DNA from: a virus
Lineage: Duplodnaviria > Caudoviricetes
Virus record (IMG/VR): IMGVR_UViG_3300032086_003020
Span: 1-53,013 of that record
Direction: 5' to 3' (one strand)
DNA: 53,013 bases
Below the pieces are notes generated by a model that was not told the DNA's origin, did no database searches, and saw nothing but the letters and a program-made list of their open reading frames with translations. This document shows positions 8,796 to 18,381 of this stretch, in pieces (the first letter of the stretch is position 1; each line of letters starts with the position of its first letter). A program made the translations under genes and the position numbers.

Positions 8796-9620
8796 ATGGC
8801 ACTTTGGGGTAATAGTGACAATGTAACATCTGCTGGTATTGTAACCGTAAACTATAGCACTCGTGTCGTTGAAGGACACACCACTGCTTTTGGTCTAACA
8901 GGTTCTGCACAAGTAGGAGATGTAATTAGATTTGGTATCAAGGATGAAACAAATCCTGATGCAGTTTATTTTGGTGATGCTGTAATCGCAAGCATTGCAA
9001 GCAGTGAATCAATAACCATTGCTTCTACTGCTGGTCTCAGTGGTGCTGCAATCGCAGGAACAGATTTTCAAATTTCACAACTTCCTGGATCTAGTGTTCT
9101 AGACAGTCATTTTTCTGAGTATAATGATGACAAATATGACGGATCATCCCAGGTAGTTGCAACAGGAACTGCAAGCACAGATTCTCCAGTTGGATTTGCA
9201 ACAATTTATCTAACTGAAGATCTAACTGCAATTGCATATCCAATCAGAACAGATTCTGATACCGTTTCTTATGCATCATCAACTACAGAATTTGTAATTA
9301 GTTCTTTGGTTGCTTCTACTGAAAACGATTCTGCAAGCACTGTTACATTAACTACTACCATGAATGTGGGAGTTAATACTGGAGATAAGATTACCTTTAC
9401 TGGTGTTAGAGGTGCTTATGATACCTATGTTTATGGTGCTGCTAAGCAAGGAATTCAGGCAGCAGCAGGAACTCAGTATGAAGCAGGTGTAGGTTGGGTT
9501 GGTGTTACCACATATCTTGATGCACATAACAATCTAAGAGTTAAGAAAGAAATTCTAGTTGCAATGTCTGGAATCACCACAGGTAACACCCCAATTTATG
9601 ATGCAGATCCACTAAGCTGA
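8796..9620 (+). CDS. putative virion structural protein
   Basis: MALWG start, Ser/Thr/Gly-rich beta content, C-terminal GWVG...RVKKEILVAM; late promoter. Confidence 0.6.
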   Translation: MALWGNSDNVTSAGIVTVNYSTRVVEGHTTAFGLTGSAQVGDVIRFGIKDETNPDAVYFGDAVIASIASSESITIASTAGLSGAAIAGTDFQISQLPGSSVLDSHFSEYNDDKYDGSSQVVATGTASTDSPVGFATIYLTEDLTAIAYPIRTDSDTVSYASSTTEFVISSLVASTENDSASTVTLTTTMNVGVNTGDKITFTGVRGAYDTYVYGAAKQGIQAAAGTQYEAGVGWVGVTTYLDAHNNLRVKKEILVAMSGITTGNTPIYDADPLS

Positions 9621-9631
9621 TCTAGTTAGAT

Positions 9632-10018
9632 ATGTTGTTTGATGAGTTGAATGAGGAAAATTTTTTATTATTTGCTATAAAAAATTATGAGAATCCTCAG
9701 GCTATTACAAAGGATGATTTTCATCGTGACTTGAACCACTTCAAGTATATAAAAAGGTTATTGCGTAAGTATAGGAATACTGGTGAATTGAAAGTACATT
9801 TGCTTTTGAATCATTTTATTATCTTATATAATATTTTTGATGATGCGACTACACCAATGCTTTTTTATAAACTTGAAGAGGATTTGTGGTCAACGACTAA
9901 AACATTCATTATGTTTTTGAATCGTTTGCCAGAATATCCAAAAGGTCAAATACATGAGATTAAGATTGATTCTAATGCATTAAGTGAGTTACAAATTCTT
10001 TATAACGAAAATGGATAA
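9632..10018 (+). CDS. conserved T4-like hypothetical protein
   Basis: FAIKNYENP...FKYIKRLL...LLLNHFIILYNIF pattern, found upstream of primase in T4-like phages. Confidence 0.75.
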   Translation: MLFDELNEENFLLFAIKNYENPQAITKDDFHRDLNHFKYIKRLLRKYRNTGELKVHLLLNHFIILYNIFDDATTPMLFYKLEEDLWSTTKTFIMFLNRLPEYPKGQIHEIKIDSNALSELQILYNENG

Positions 10019-10241
10019 AGCAGACCGACTCATAAAACTTATTAGAGAAATGATGGCAGTCGGTGCTGGTGGTTTTACTGGTTCCTCTCCTGCAGAAGGA
10101 CCAACCGCAGGATACGATCCTCTGATAAAATTTCAGAGACGTGGAAAAACTGATTATAGAAAAGTCCCAAAGACTTATAAGAAGTGGGTAAAATCATTAG
10201 AAAAGAGCAATGCTAGGTCTAGGAAAACTTCAGGTTCTTGA
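10011..10241 (+). CDS. hypothetical protein
   Basis: Overlapping coupled ORF. Confidence 0.65.
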   Translation: MDKADRLIKLIREMMAVGAGGFTGSSPAEGPTAGYDPLIKFQRRGKTDYRKVPKTYKKWVKSLEKSNARSRKTSGS

Positions 10242-10647
10242 ATCAAAATTAGGAATTTACGAAGACTTGTCCAAAGAAATGTTGGCCAAGTTGGAGGCTG
10301 CTGTTTCTTCTATTCAGGAGAATACAAATAAAACTGCTATTATCCTAGAACGTCATGAGAATAGGCTTGATGAAGGTGATAAAGCAAACCAGGCAATCAT
10401 ACAGATGATTAAGGACCATCAGAAGTATGACGATAGGATGTTCAATAATATTGAAGAGAAAATGAGCAACCTTGAGAAAAAGGTTGAAAAGAATGGAAGA
10501 TTTGTTATTGGTGCCACTGCTGTCATTGCCACAATCGTAACAGCATTACAAGTATTGCCACCCGTCATAAAAGTCTTGACAGACTCTTCCAACACGAGTA
10601 TGATGCCTAAAGCAGAACTCGTGTCTTTCGTTCATGGATCTAATTGA
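10210..10647 (+). CDS. coiled-coil protein with C-terminal hydrophobic helix
   Basis: Heptad pattern then FVIGATAVIATIVTALQVL. Confidence 0.7.
   Translation: MLGLGKLQVLESKLGIYEDLSKEMLAKLEAAVSSIQENTNKTAIILERHENRLDEGDKANQAIIQMIKDHQKYDDRMFNNIEEKMSNLEKKVEKNGRFVIGATAVIATIVTALQVLPPVIKVLTDSSNTSMMPKAELVSFVHGSN
10576..10604 (+). promoter_or_regulatory. sigma70-type early promoter for primase-nrdAB
   Basis: TTGACA-17-TATGAT. Confidence 0.75.
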
Positions 10648-11602
10648 TACTAAATATGTAAATCTAGTTTCTGCCAGATTACAAAAATTTAAAAGAGTAA
10701 AGAATAATCTTTATAACTTCAGATGCCCAATTTGTGGGGATTCGCAAAAGAATAAGAACAAAGCAAGGGGTTATCTTTATTCTGTAAAAAATAATACCAA
10801 CTTCAAGTGTCATAATTGTGGGGCAAGTTTGTCTCTCAATAATTTCTTGAAGCATCTAGACACAAACCTTCATCGGGAGTATTGTCTAGATAAATTTAAA
10901 GACGGTCACACTGGTCGTAATTTTGTAGTAGATGAACCTGAATTTGTTTTTGAGAAACCTAAGTTTGCACAGAGGATCGTTCTTCCTCTATGCAGTGAGG
11001 TGGAAGTTGCTAGAACCTATCTTCAAAATCGTAAGATCGATCCCACCAAATTTTATTATGCAGAAAACTTTGATGAGTTTGTGCGAACGTTTGAGGGTGT
11101 GGATTACGGGTATATGGGTAAAGAGCCTAGAATCATCATCCCGTTATATTGCGACAAAGATCTCATCGGATTCCAAGGCAGAAGTCTAAATTCCAAATCT
11201 ATTAAATATATTACTGTAATGCTTAAGGAGGGAGCACCGAAGATATATGGACTTGATAACATCAGAAAAGACACTAGAGTCTACATTACAGAAGGACCTT
11301 TCGACAGCACATTTATTTCAAACTCGATTGCTATGTGTGGAGCTGATCTTGATATCAGTAATTGGGGGATTGGCAATCCTGTTTGGATCTATGACAACGA
11401 ACCACGTAATAGAGAGATCCTCAACCGAATTAATAAGACAATCGATAGTGGGGACTCCTTAGTTATTTGGCCATCGCACATTAGGGAAAAGGACATAAAT
11501 GATATGGTCCTTGCTGGACATGATGTCCAAAATCTGATAGAATTAAATACTTACTCTGGTTTAGAAGCAAAACTTAAATTTACCACCTGGAAGAAAATAT
11601 GA
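10634..11602 (+). CDS. 61: T4 gp61-like DNA primase
   Basis: Zn finger CPICGDS...CHNC, TOPRIM YITEGPFD, YDNEPRN, KDIND. Confidence 0.95.
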   Translation: MDLIDTKYVNLVSARLQKFKRVKNNLYNFRCPICGDSQKNKNKARGYLYSVKNNTNFKCHNCGASLSLNNFLKHLDTNLHREYCLDKFKDGHTGRNFVVDEPEFVFEKPKFAQRIVLPLCSEVEVARTYLQNRKIDPTKFYYAENFDEFVRTFEGVDYGYMGKEPRIIIPLYCDKDLIGFQGRSLNSKSIKYITVMLKEGAPKIYGLDNIRKDTRVYITEGPFDSTFISNSIAMCGADLDISNWGIGNPVWIYDNEPRNREILNRINKTIDSGDSLVIWPSHIREKDINDMVLAGHDVQNLIELNTYSGLEAKLKFTTWKKI

Positions 11603-13896
11603 GTAACGGAATTAAAGTACAAAAGAGAAGTGGTTCTGTTGAACCAATTGATCTTGAGAAGATGCATAAGATGGTTGAGGCTGCTTGTGAGGGTCTCTCG
11701 GGAGTCTCTGCAAGTCAGGTTGAGATTCAATCTGGCATTCAGTTTTATGATGGAATTTCGACATCAGAGATTCAAGAAATTCTGATTCGTTCTGCTTCTG
11801 ACCTTATTGATTTGGAGCATCCAAATTATCAATATGTTGCTGCACGACTACTTCTCTTTGCACTTAGGAAGAATCTAGCAGTTAGGTTTAAGAGGGATCC
11901 AAGTCTGCTTGAGCAGATTGAATTTGGAATTTCAAATAATGTTTATGATAAAGAAATTTTAGAGAAGTATACTACTGAAGAACTTGAGAAGGTAAATACT
12001 TTCATCTATCACGATCGTGACTATCTCTTTACATATGCTGGATTGCGGCAAGTTGTAGATAAATATCTTGTACAGGATAGAAGCAGTGGTGACGTATACG
12101 AAACACCACAGTTTATGTACGTGTTGATTGCACTTACTATCTTTGCTGAGTATCCTAAAGAGACACGACTCTCTTATGTCAAGAGGTATTATGACGCAAT
12201 CTCAAAGCACAAGATCAACATCCCAACACCAATCATGGCGGGAGTGCGGACACCACTTCGTCAATTTGCATCTTGCGTTCTCGTTGATGTTGATGACACC
12301 CTCGATAGTATCTTTAGCAGTGATATGGCTATTGGCCGATACGTTGCACAGAGGGCTGGTATCGGCATCAACGCAGGCAGAATCCGTGGCATCAACAGTA
12401 AGATCCGAGGTGGAGAGGTACAACACACAGGCGTGGTCCCCTTCCTTAAAAAGTTTGAATCAACTGTACGATGCTGCACACAAAACGGTATCCGAGGTGG
12501 TTCTGCTACAGTTCACTTTCCTATCTGGCACCAAGAAATAGAAGATATTCTAGTTCTTAAGAACAACAAAGGAACCGAAGATAACCGTGTTCGTAAACTA
12601 GATTATTCTATTCAAGTAAGCAAACTCTTCTATGAACGATTCATTCAAGACAGAGAAATCTCACTATTCTCTCCTCACGACGTTCCAGGTCTGTATGATG
12701 CTTTTGGTCTTGATGGATTTGACGAGTTGTATGTGGCTTATGAACGAACTGAGTCTGTTCCAAGAAAGACTATCCGAGCTCAAGAACTCTTTTTGGATCT
12801 TCTAAAAGAACGTGCCGAGACTGGTCGTGTTTACATCATGAACATTGATCACTGTAATGAGCACTCTTCTTTCAAAGATAAGGTTTATATGAGTAACCTT
12901 TGCCAAGAGATTACTCTCCCAACGAAACCACTTCAGCACATTGATAAGGAAGGTGAGATTGCTCTATGCATCCTTTCTGCTATTAATGTTGGCAAAGTTA
13001 AATCTGATGTTGAACTAGAGAATCTTTGTGATCTTTCTGTCCGTGGTCTAGAAGAACTCATTGACTATCAGAAGTATCCTATCATTGCCGCAGAGGTTGC
13101 TACAAAGGCACGTAGGTCCCTTGGAATTGGTTTTATTGGTCTTGCCCACTATCTTGCCAAACTTGGATTTAACTATGGTGATCAAGAGGCATGGGATGCA
13201 GTTCATGGTTTAACTGAGTCATTCCAGTATTATCTTCTCAAAGCATCAAATGAGATTGCAAAAGAGAAGGGTGCTTGCGATTATTTCCATCGTACTAAGT
13301 ATGCTGATGGTATTCTTCCTATCGATACATACAAGAAGGATGTCGATGAGATTACCACTCAGGAGTTAGTACATGATTGGGATTCTCTACGGAATTCTAT
13401 CAAAGAGTTCGGACTACGACACAGTACATTGTCCGCACAAATGCCATCAGAGAGCAGTTCCGTTGTGTCAAACGCAACCAATGGAATCGAACCACCCCGT
13501 GACTTCTTGTCCGTTAAGAAATCTAAAAAAGGACCCCTTAAGCAGATTGTTCCGCAGTATAATTCCCTGAAGAACAACTACACTCTATTGTGGGAAATGC
13601 CTGACAATAAAGGTTACATAAATGTAGTGTCTGTCATGCAAAAGTTCTTTGATCAAGCCATATCTGGTAACTGGAGTTACAATCCAGAGAATTATCCCAA
13701 TAATGAAGTGCCAGTTTCGGTCATGGCAAATGATCTATTAACTACATATAAGTACGGGTGGAAAACATCATATTATCAGAACACTTATGATAACAAGACC
13801 GATGAGGTTCTAGATGATAAGCAATCACAACTAGATGCACTAGTAGCAGAATTAAGTCAAGCCGAGGAGGGAGAGTGTGAATCCTGTGCAGTTTAA
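11599..13896 (+). CDS. nrdA: class Ia ribonucleotide reductase alpha subunit
   Basis: ATP cone, PTPIMAG, FASCVL, SNLCQEI, C-terminal CESC. Confidence 0.97.
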   Translation: MSNGIKVQKRSGSVEPIDLEKMHKMVEAACEGLSGVSASQVEIQSGIQFYDGISTSEIQEILIRSASDLIDLEHPNYQYVAARLLLFALRKNLAVRFKRDPSLLEQIEFGISNNVYDKEILEKYTTEELEKVNTFIYHDRDYLFTYAGLRQVVDKYLVQDRSSGDVYETPQFMYVLIALTIFAEYPKETRLSYVKRYYDAISKHKINIPTPIMAGVRTPLRQFASCVLVDVDDTLDSIFSSDMAIGRYVAQRAGIGINAGRIRGINSKIRGGEVQHTGVVPFLKKFESTVRCCTQNGIRGGSATVHFPIWHQEIEDILVLKNNKGTEDNRVRKLDYSIQVSKLFYERFIQDREISLFSPHDVPGLYDAFGLDGFDELYVAYERTESVPRKTIRAQELFLDLLKERAETGRVYIMNIDHCNEHSSFKDKVYMSNLCQEITLPTKPLQHIDKEGEIALCILSAINVGKVKSDVELENLCDLSVRGLEELIDYQKYPIIAAEVATKARRSLGIGFIGLAHYLAKLGFNYGDQEAWDAVHGLTESFQYYLLKASNEIAKEKGACDYFHRTKYADGILPIDTYKKDVDEITTQELVHDWDSLRNSIKEFGLRHSTLSAQMPSESSSVVSNATNGIEPPRDFLSVKKSKKGPLKQIVPQYNSLKNNYTLLWEMPDNKGYINVVSVMQKFFDQAISGNWSYNPENYPNNEVPVSVMANDLLTTYKYGWKTSYYQNTYDNKTDEVLDDKQSQLDALVAELSQAEEGECESCAV

Positions 13897-15055
13897 ACTT
13901 TCAGAAGAAAAGCAGATTGATGGAATGACCGTATTCAATACGGAAAATGTGGATACCAAAAAGCAACCAATGTTTTTTGGTAAACCACTTGGTGTACAAA
14001 GATATGATTCATACAAGTATCCTATTTTTGACAAATTAACTACCCAACAACTTGGGTATTTCTGGAGACCAGAAGAAGTTTCATTACAGAAAGATCGTGG
14101 GGATTATCAAACACTTCGTCCTGAACAAAAGCATATCTATACAAGTAACCTCAAGTATCAGATTATGCTTGACTCCGTACAAGGGCGTGGTCCTGGGATG
14201 GCTTTTATACCTTATTGCAGTCTACCCGAGTTAGAAGCATGTATGGAAGTCTGGGGATTTATGGAGATGATCCATAGTCGTTCCTATACATACATCATTA
14301 AGAATGTCTATTCCGATCCTTCAGAGGTATTTGATAAGATCGTCACTGATGAACGCATTCTAGAACGTTCTAGGAGTGTTACACAGGCATATGATGATTT
14401 CATCAATAGTGCTCAAACATGGGGCAATGGCAACATGTGGAAGGAAGACTATCGTGATACTTACACATCGCAGGAAGCAATTAAAGATGTCAAACGTAAA
14501 CTCTACAGAGCAGTTGCAAACGTTAATGTTCTTGAGGGTATTCGGTTCTACGTTAGTTTTGCTTGTTCTTTCGCCTTTGGTGAACTCAAACTCATGGAAG
14601 GCAGTGCAAAAATCGTATCTCTCATCGCAAGAGACGAAAATCAGCATTTAGCAATTACTCAAAATATTTTGAACAAGTGGAAGTCTGGAGATGATCCAGA
14701 GATGAAAGAGATTGCTAAGGAAGAAGAAGAATGGACTTATGCTTTGTTTGACAATGCAGTCAATGAAGAAAAGAAATGGGCAGAGTATCTGTTCAAAGAT
14801 GGTTCTATGATTGGTCTAAATGATAAACTACTCAAGAATTATGTTGAGTGGGTTGCAAATCGTCGCATGAAGTCCATTGGTCTCAAACCTGTGTATGATA
14901 TTGCTGCCAAAGCAAATCCACTACCATGGACCGAGCACTGGATCTCCTCCAAAGGACTCCAGGTGGCACCACAAGAGACGGAAGTTGAGTCTTATGTGGT
15001 AGGTGGCATCAAGCAAGATGTCAAGGCAGATACGTTCTCAGGATTTAAACTATGA
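13877..15055 (+). CDS. nrdB: ribonucleotide reductase beta subunit
   Basis: FWRPEEV, EMIHSRSY, EGIRFYVSF, DENQH, APQETE. Confidence 0.97.
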   Translation: MNPVQFKLSEEKQIDGMTVFNTENVDTKKQPMFFGKPLGVQRYDSYKYPIFDKLTTQQLGYFWRPEEVSLQKDRGDYQTLRPEQKHIYTSNLKYQIMLDSVQGRGPGMAFIPYCSLPELEACMEVWGFMEMIHSRSYTYIIKNVYSDPSEVFDKIVTDERILERSRSVTQAYDDFINSAQTWGNGNMWKEDYRDTYTSQEAIKDVKRKLYRAVANVNVLEGIRFYVSFACSFAFGELKLMEGSAKIVSLIARDENQHLAITQNILNKWKSGDDPEMKEIAKEEEEWTYALFDNAVNEEKKWAEYLFKDGSMIGLNDKLLKNYVEWVANRRMKSIGLKPVYDIAAKANPLPWTEHWISSKGLQVAPQETEVESYVVGGIKQDVKADTFSGFKL

Positions 15056-15204
15056 TGGAACAGTGGGCAATTAAATTAATGGCAGACACTAATACAGAAT
15101 TGTCTGATGAAGATCTGAGATTACTTAGATATGGACCACAACCTTGGTTGCCTCATGAAGTTTTGAGATATAACCTTTTAAAACTTAAAGTCAAGAAGGA
15201 CTAA
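15052..15204 (+). CDS. small hypothetical protein (50 aa)
   Basis: ATGA overlap with nrdB stop; read by hand. Confidence 0.5.
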   Translation: MMEQWAIKLMADTNTELSDEDLRLLRYGPQPWLPHEVLRYNLLKLKVKKD

Positions 15205-15219
15205 GGTCCTTCTTTTTTT
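15193..15219 (+). terminator. intrinsic terminator
   Basis: AAGAAGGAC-TAAG-GTCCTTCTT plus T run. Confidence 0.8.
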
Positions 15220-15250
15220 GTCTAAATATGCTAGACTATGGCATATATGA

Positions 15251-15679
15251 ATGGTCGATTATGAAAACCCGTGGACCTATTTGGAGAGACCTTTTACTTC
15301 TGATGATGTTCTGGACAACTTTGGTTTTGTTTATCTCATTACCAATCTCACAAACCAACGACAGTACATTGGGAGAAAGTATTTTTGGTCGTTTAGAACC
15401 CCAAAAGGAAAGAAACGAAAAGTCAAACAGGAGAGTGATTGGAAGCGGTATTACGGATCATGTCCAGAACTGAAAGAGGACATAGAAAAGTTAGGTAAGG
15501 ATAAATTTAAGAGAGAAATATTATCCTTACATAAAACAAAAGGAAGAACAAACTTTGAAGAGACACGTCAATTGTTTCTTAACAATGTTCTCACAGAATC
15601 TCTTAACGGAGAACCAGCATACTACAATAGTAATATTTTAAGTCGTTACTTTAGAAAAGATTATTATGGAGACACTTGA
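15251..15679 (+). CDS. GIY-YIG family endonuclease
   Basis: GFVYLITN...QYIGRK, conserved E (NFEE) and YYN. Confidence 0.8.
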   Translation: MVDYENPWTYLERPFTSDDVLDNFGFVYLITNLTNQRQYIGRKYFWSFRTPKGKKRKVKQESDWKRYYGSCPELKEDIEKLGKDKFKREILSLHKTKGRTNFEETRQLFLNNVLTESLNGEPAYYNSNILSRYFRKDYYGDT

Positions 15680-16379
15680 TAAGTTATATAAGTATTGTTC
15701 AGAACACAATCCAGATTGTGAAGTATCTGATTATAACAACCATGTAGTCCGTGTAAAAAATATTTTTAAGTATCCAGAAAAGATGCTTAAATTTCAATCT
15801 CTCCTTGGAAAATGGGAATCATGTCACTGTGCCAAACCAGGCATTCAGTCCATGAAACTTCCTTATTGGACAGGAACAGAAATTGCTACTAACGTATTAA
15901 ATTTGGAGCAAAAGTTTGACGAATTTAGAACTGAGATTGAATTTTATTACTTCTATTATAACAACACTGGATTAGATGCAAATCTGCATGATCTTAGGAC
16001 AAATAATTGCAATCTTCCGCACACAGATCCTGGTGATAAACGTGACCAGATCAATTTAATTGGATTGGTAAACTTAAATAAAAGACCAGTTAAAACTGGA
16101 TTCTGGGAGTTTAAAGGAAAACTGACAGAAGATACTGAGAAATTTGCTGACGAATACAATGAGTATTGTAATACTATAAATTATGATAATTATCATGAGA
16201 AAATTAATAATGGAATATTAGATAATGTTTTCAATGTTGAATATGGATTTAATGAGGCAATCTTTTATAACTCCATATCATTTCATCAACCAATCATTGA
16301 TAAATATTACACAAGAGAGAGTCCAAGAATCATGATGAGACTGTCCTACATACTTGACGAGGGGGTGAAGGAGTGGTAA
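15666..16379 (+). CDS. putative 2OG-Fe(II) oxygenase-like protein
   Basis: PHTD...GLVNLN...TGFW...FH...R jelly-roll pattern. Confidence 0.55.
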   Translation: METLDKLYKYCSEHNPDCEVSDYNNHVVRVKNIFKYPEKMLKFQSLLGKWESCHCAKPGIQSMKLPYWTGTEIATNVLNLEQKFDEFRTEIEFYYFYYNNTGLDANLHDLRTNNCNLPHTDPGDKRDQINLIGLVNLNKRPVKTGFWEFKGKLTEDTEKFADEYNEYCNTINYDNYHEKINNGILDNVFNVEYGFNEAIFYNSISFHQPIIDKYYTRESPRIMMRLSYILDEGVKEW

Positions 16380-16382
16380 TAT

Positions 16383-16571
16383 ATGGGAGTCAACGAGGCA
16401 AGCATGGAAGACCAAGTAATCGATTCAGTTTGTGAAATTATTGAATGGTCTAAAGAACGTTTGATGAATGAAGAACTTGAATGGGAAGATGCTGCATCAA
16501 TTGCCATGGAGTTCCGAGAGTGGTTAGATGCAGACGAAATTGATCTCCTCTACCTTGACAAAATAGATTAA
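16383..16571 (+). CDS. acidic hypothetical protein (start may be 16404)
   Basis: ORF; TTGACG-17-TAATAT promoter at 16354-16382 favours the downstream ATG. Confidence 0.6.
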   Translation: MGVNEASMEDQVIDSVCEIIEWSKERLMNEELEWEDAASIAMEFREWLDADEIDLLYLDKID

Positions 16572-16583
16572 ACAGTCTATAAT
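16555..16583 (+). promoter_or_regulatory. sigma70-type early promoter for tRNA cluster
   Basis: TTGACA-17-TATAAT. Confidence 0.9.
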
Positions 16584-16592
16584 TCTTTTATT

Positions 16593-16666
<74 letters not shown>

Positions 16667-16701
16667 TCGGGAAGTAATTCTTCCCATATTTGCAAAATCA
16701 A

Positions 16702-17217
16702 ATGCTTCCTTACAATCTTCAAGAAACCTATCAGATTACTCCAAATGCAGAAGCAGCAGAGTTTATCCAAGCAGAAGTTCAAAACTATTTTAGTTATGAA
16801 CAAAAATCTAAAAGAGAAAAGTATGCTGATGTATGGGTTTCTAAAACAGAAGGTCTCAATGTAAAAACTGATAACCTTCTCTCTCAACAAAACAAAGGTC
16901 GTCTTTGCACTGCCGAAGTCAACCAATGGTTGAGAGATCCAAACAATAATCTTAAATTCTTGTTTATTGAATATAAGAATGAAGATGGACTTCTTACTTT
17001 AATGTCAACTAAAGAAGTTTATATTGAAGAAGTAGTTTATGAAATCTCTAACCAGGGTCGTGGTCTTCTACAACCCAAACGAACTTCCGAAGGAAAAGTT
17101 ATTCTCCGAGATCGTATTAGTAGAGATGAATGGATTGCAGAGTTCAAAGTTAAGTATTCTGATTTTGTAGATAAACAAATAGCACGATTTGAAAAATATA
17201 AATCAGATTGGTGCTAG
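16702..17217 (+). CDS. hypothetical protein, possible PD-(D/E)xK nuclease
   Basis: ORF between tRNAs; YADVW...GLNVKT motif. Confidence 0.55.
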   Translation: MLPYNLQETYQITPNAEAAEFIQAEVQNYFSYEQKSKREKYADVWVSKTEGLNVKTDNLLSQQNKGRLCTAEVNQWLRDPNNNLKFLFIEYKNEDGLLTLMSTKEVYIEEVVYEISNQGRGLLQPKRTSEGKVILRDRISRDEWIAEFKVKYSDFVDKQIARFEKYKSDWC

Positions 17218-17225
17218 TTTTTCTT

Positions 17226-17429
17226 ATGGACAAACTTGATAGTTATGAATTTGGTGGACGACCTGCTTCATCAATAAATCTTCTTCTACTCATAAGTGAG
17301 ATGGAAGGTACTTACCAACATCTCAAGTATATGGGATTTGAAGAAGATATGAATACTATCGAAGAAATGAAGAAGAGATATTATAAACTCTACTTCAAAA
17401 CAAAGAAAGAAGAAAACAATCCCAAGTAG
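17226..17429 (+). CDS. hypothetical protein
   Basis: ORF; stop codon lies inside tRNA-Asn. Confidence 0.7.
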   Translation: MDKLDSYEFGGRPASSINLLLLISEMEGTYQHLKYMGFEEDMNTIEEMKKRYYKLYFKTKKEENNPK

Positions 17430-17491
17430 CTCAGTGGCAGAGCAGGTGACTGTTAATCACTCGGTCGCAGGTTCAAATCCTGCCTTGGGAG
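17420..17491 (+). tRNA. tRNA-Asn(GTT)
   Basis: TCCCAAG/CTTGGGA acceptor, GGTGA-CTGTTAA-TCACT anticodon arm. Confidence 0.95.
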
Positions 17492-17493
17492 TA

Positions 17494-17619
17494 ACGGACT
17501 GGAATACATCCGTGCTCACATCTCCGAGAGAAAAAAAGAATCGGAAAATCAACCCATGTGAGAGAGAGGTGGGATCCCTCTTGAGCCCGTCAGTGCTATT
17601 CTGCAGGATAGCATTGACG
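17494..17619 (+). ncRNA. unclassified structured RNA
   Basis: Five predicted helices fill the tRNA-Asn/tRNA-Thr spacer. Confidence 0.6.
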
Positions 17620-17629
17620 TATTATTATT

Positions 17630-17702
17630 GCCTCCGTAGCTCAGCTGGTAGAGCAGGTCTTTTGTAAAGATCAGGTCGCAGGTTCAAGTCCTGTCAGAGG
17701 CT
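17630..17702 (+). tRNA. tRNA-Thr(TGT)
   Basis: Anticodon arm GGTCT-TTTGTAA-AGATC; one C:A mismatch in acceptor stem. Confidence 0.9.
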
Positions 17703-17706
17703 CCTT

Positions 17707-17778
17707 GCGGAATTAGTTCAGTGGTAGAACGTCAGCCTTCCAAGCTGAATGTCAGGGGTTCAAATCCCCTATTCCGCT
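17707..17778 (+). tRNA. tRNA-Gly(TCC)
   Basis: GCGGAAT/ATTCCGC acceptor, U73, TCAGC-CTTCCAA-GCTGA anticodon arm. Confidence 0.95.
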
Positions 17779-17823
17779 CTTAATAAAGATTTTAGACTTT
17801 TTCTGATAAATAGTAACTTAGTC

Positions 17824-18021
17824 ATGAAGAAAAGAAAGTTGAAGAAACTCATTCAAAAACCTCTGAGGTTTCATCACCAAGATATTCATGAGGAGTTGGA
17901 TCAGATTAAGGAGATGTTGAATCATGTTATCTGTCAGATGCAAAATTTGCAATGTAGAATTGACCAGTACGAGCAAGACTCAGTGCTGCGGGTGCCAGAA
18001 TCAAATGGTTCTGAAGGATGA
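17824..18021 (+). CDS. hypothetical protein
   Basis: ORF after GATAAATA late-type motif. Confidence 0.55.
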   Translation: MKKRKLKKLIQKPLRFHHQDIHEELDQIKEMLNHVICQMQNLQCRIDQYEQDSVLRVPESNGSEG

Positions 18022-18172
18022 TAAAGTTGCTGCAAATGATTTGGGTAACGTTTTAATAACAAAGTCTGAAACTGGTATTAAAAATACCAGCAAACTATCA
18101 AAGTATGACTTAGAATATCAGGAGAACCGCAGAAAGAGAAAGGTTCGTAAACTTGACTTTGAGGTTAGATAG
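17924..18172 (+). CDS. small putative Zn-binding protein
   Basis: CKIC...CCGC; AAGGAG RBS. Confidence 0.7.
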   Translation: MLSVRCKICNVELTSTSKTQCCGCQNQMVLKDDKVAANDLGNVLITKSETGIKNTSKLSKYDLEYQENRRKRKVRKLDFEVR

Positions 18173-18381
18173 TGTATAGTTCAACATACCTAATTCTAAT
18201 AGTTTTTATTGCATTAGTTGCAATTGGGGGATACGAATCAACTTTAAGGTTGATCCGATTTATTGACATATCAATGAGATATGAAATCGTTAAAGTACGA
18301 ATGTGGTTCCTAAAGAAAAAACTAGAAAAAGAATTAAACCTACCACCAAAAGACTGGAGCGATTTCAATGGAAAGCACTAA
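18172..18381 (+). CDS. small membrane protein
   Basis: N-terminal hydrophobic helix. Confidence 0.6.
   Translation: MYSSTYLILIVFIALVAIGGYESTLRLIRFIDISMRYEIVKVRMWFLKKKLEKELNLPPKDWSDFNGKH

Noticed and set aside
769-15055. Inteins or introns in helicase, primase, nrdA or nrdB
   Set aside because: Lengths are typical and there is no intein terminus or insertion.
17492-17629. Hammerhead or HDV/theta ribozyme call
   Set aside because: There is no CUGAnGA/GAAA core and I could not fit an HDV topology by eye, so it is left unclassified.
17434-17667. 77-aa ORF in the track
   Set aside because: It overlaps tRNA-Asn, the structured RNA and tRNA-Thr, and has no RBS.
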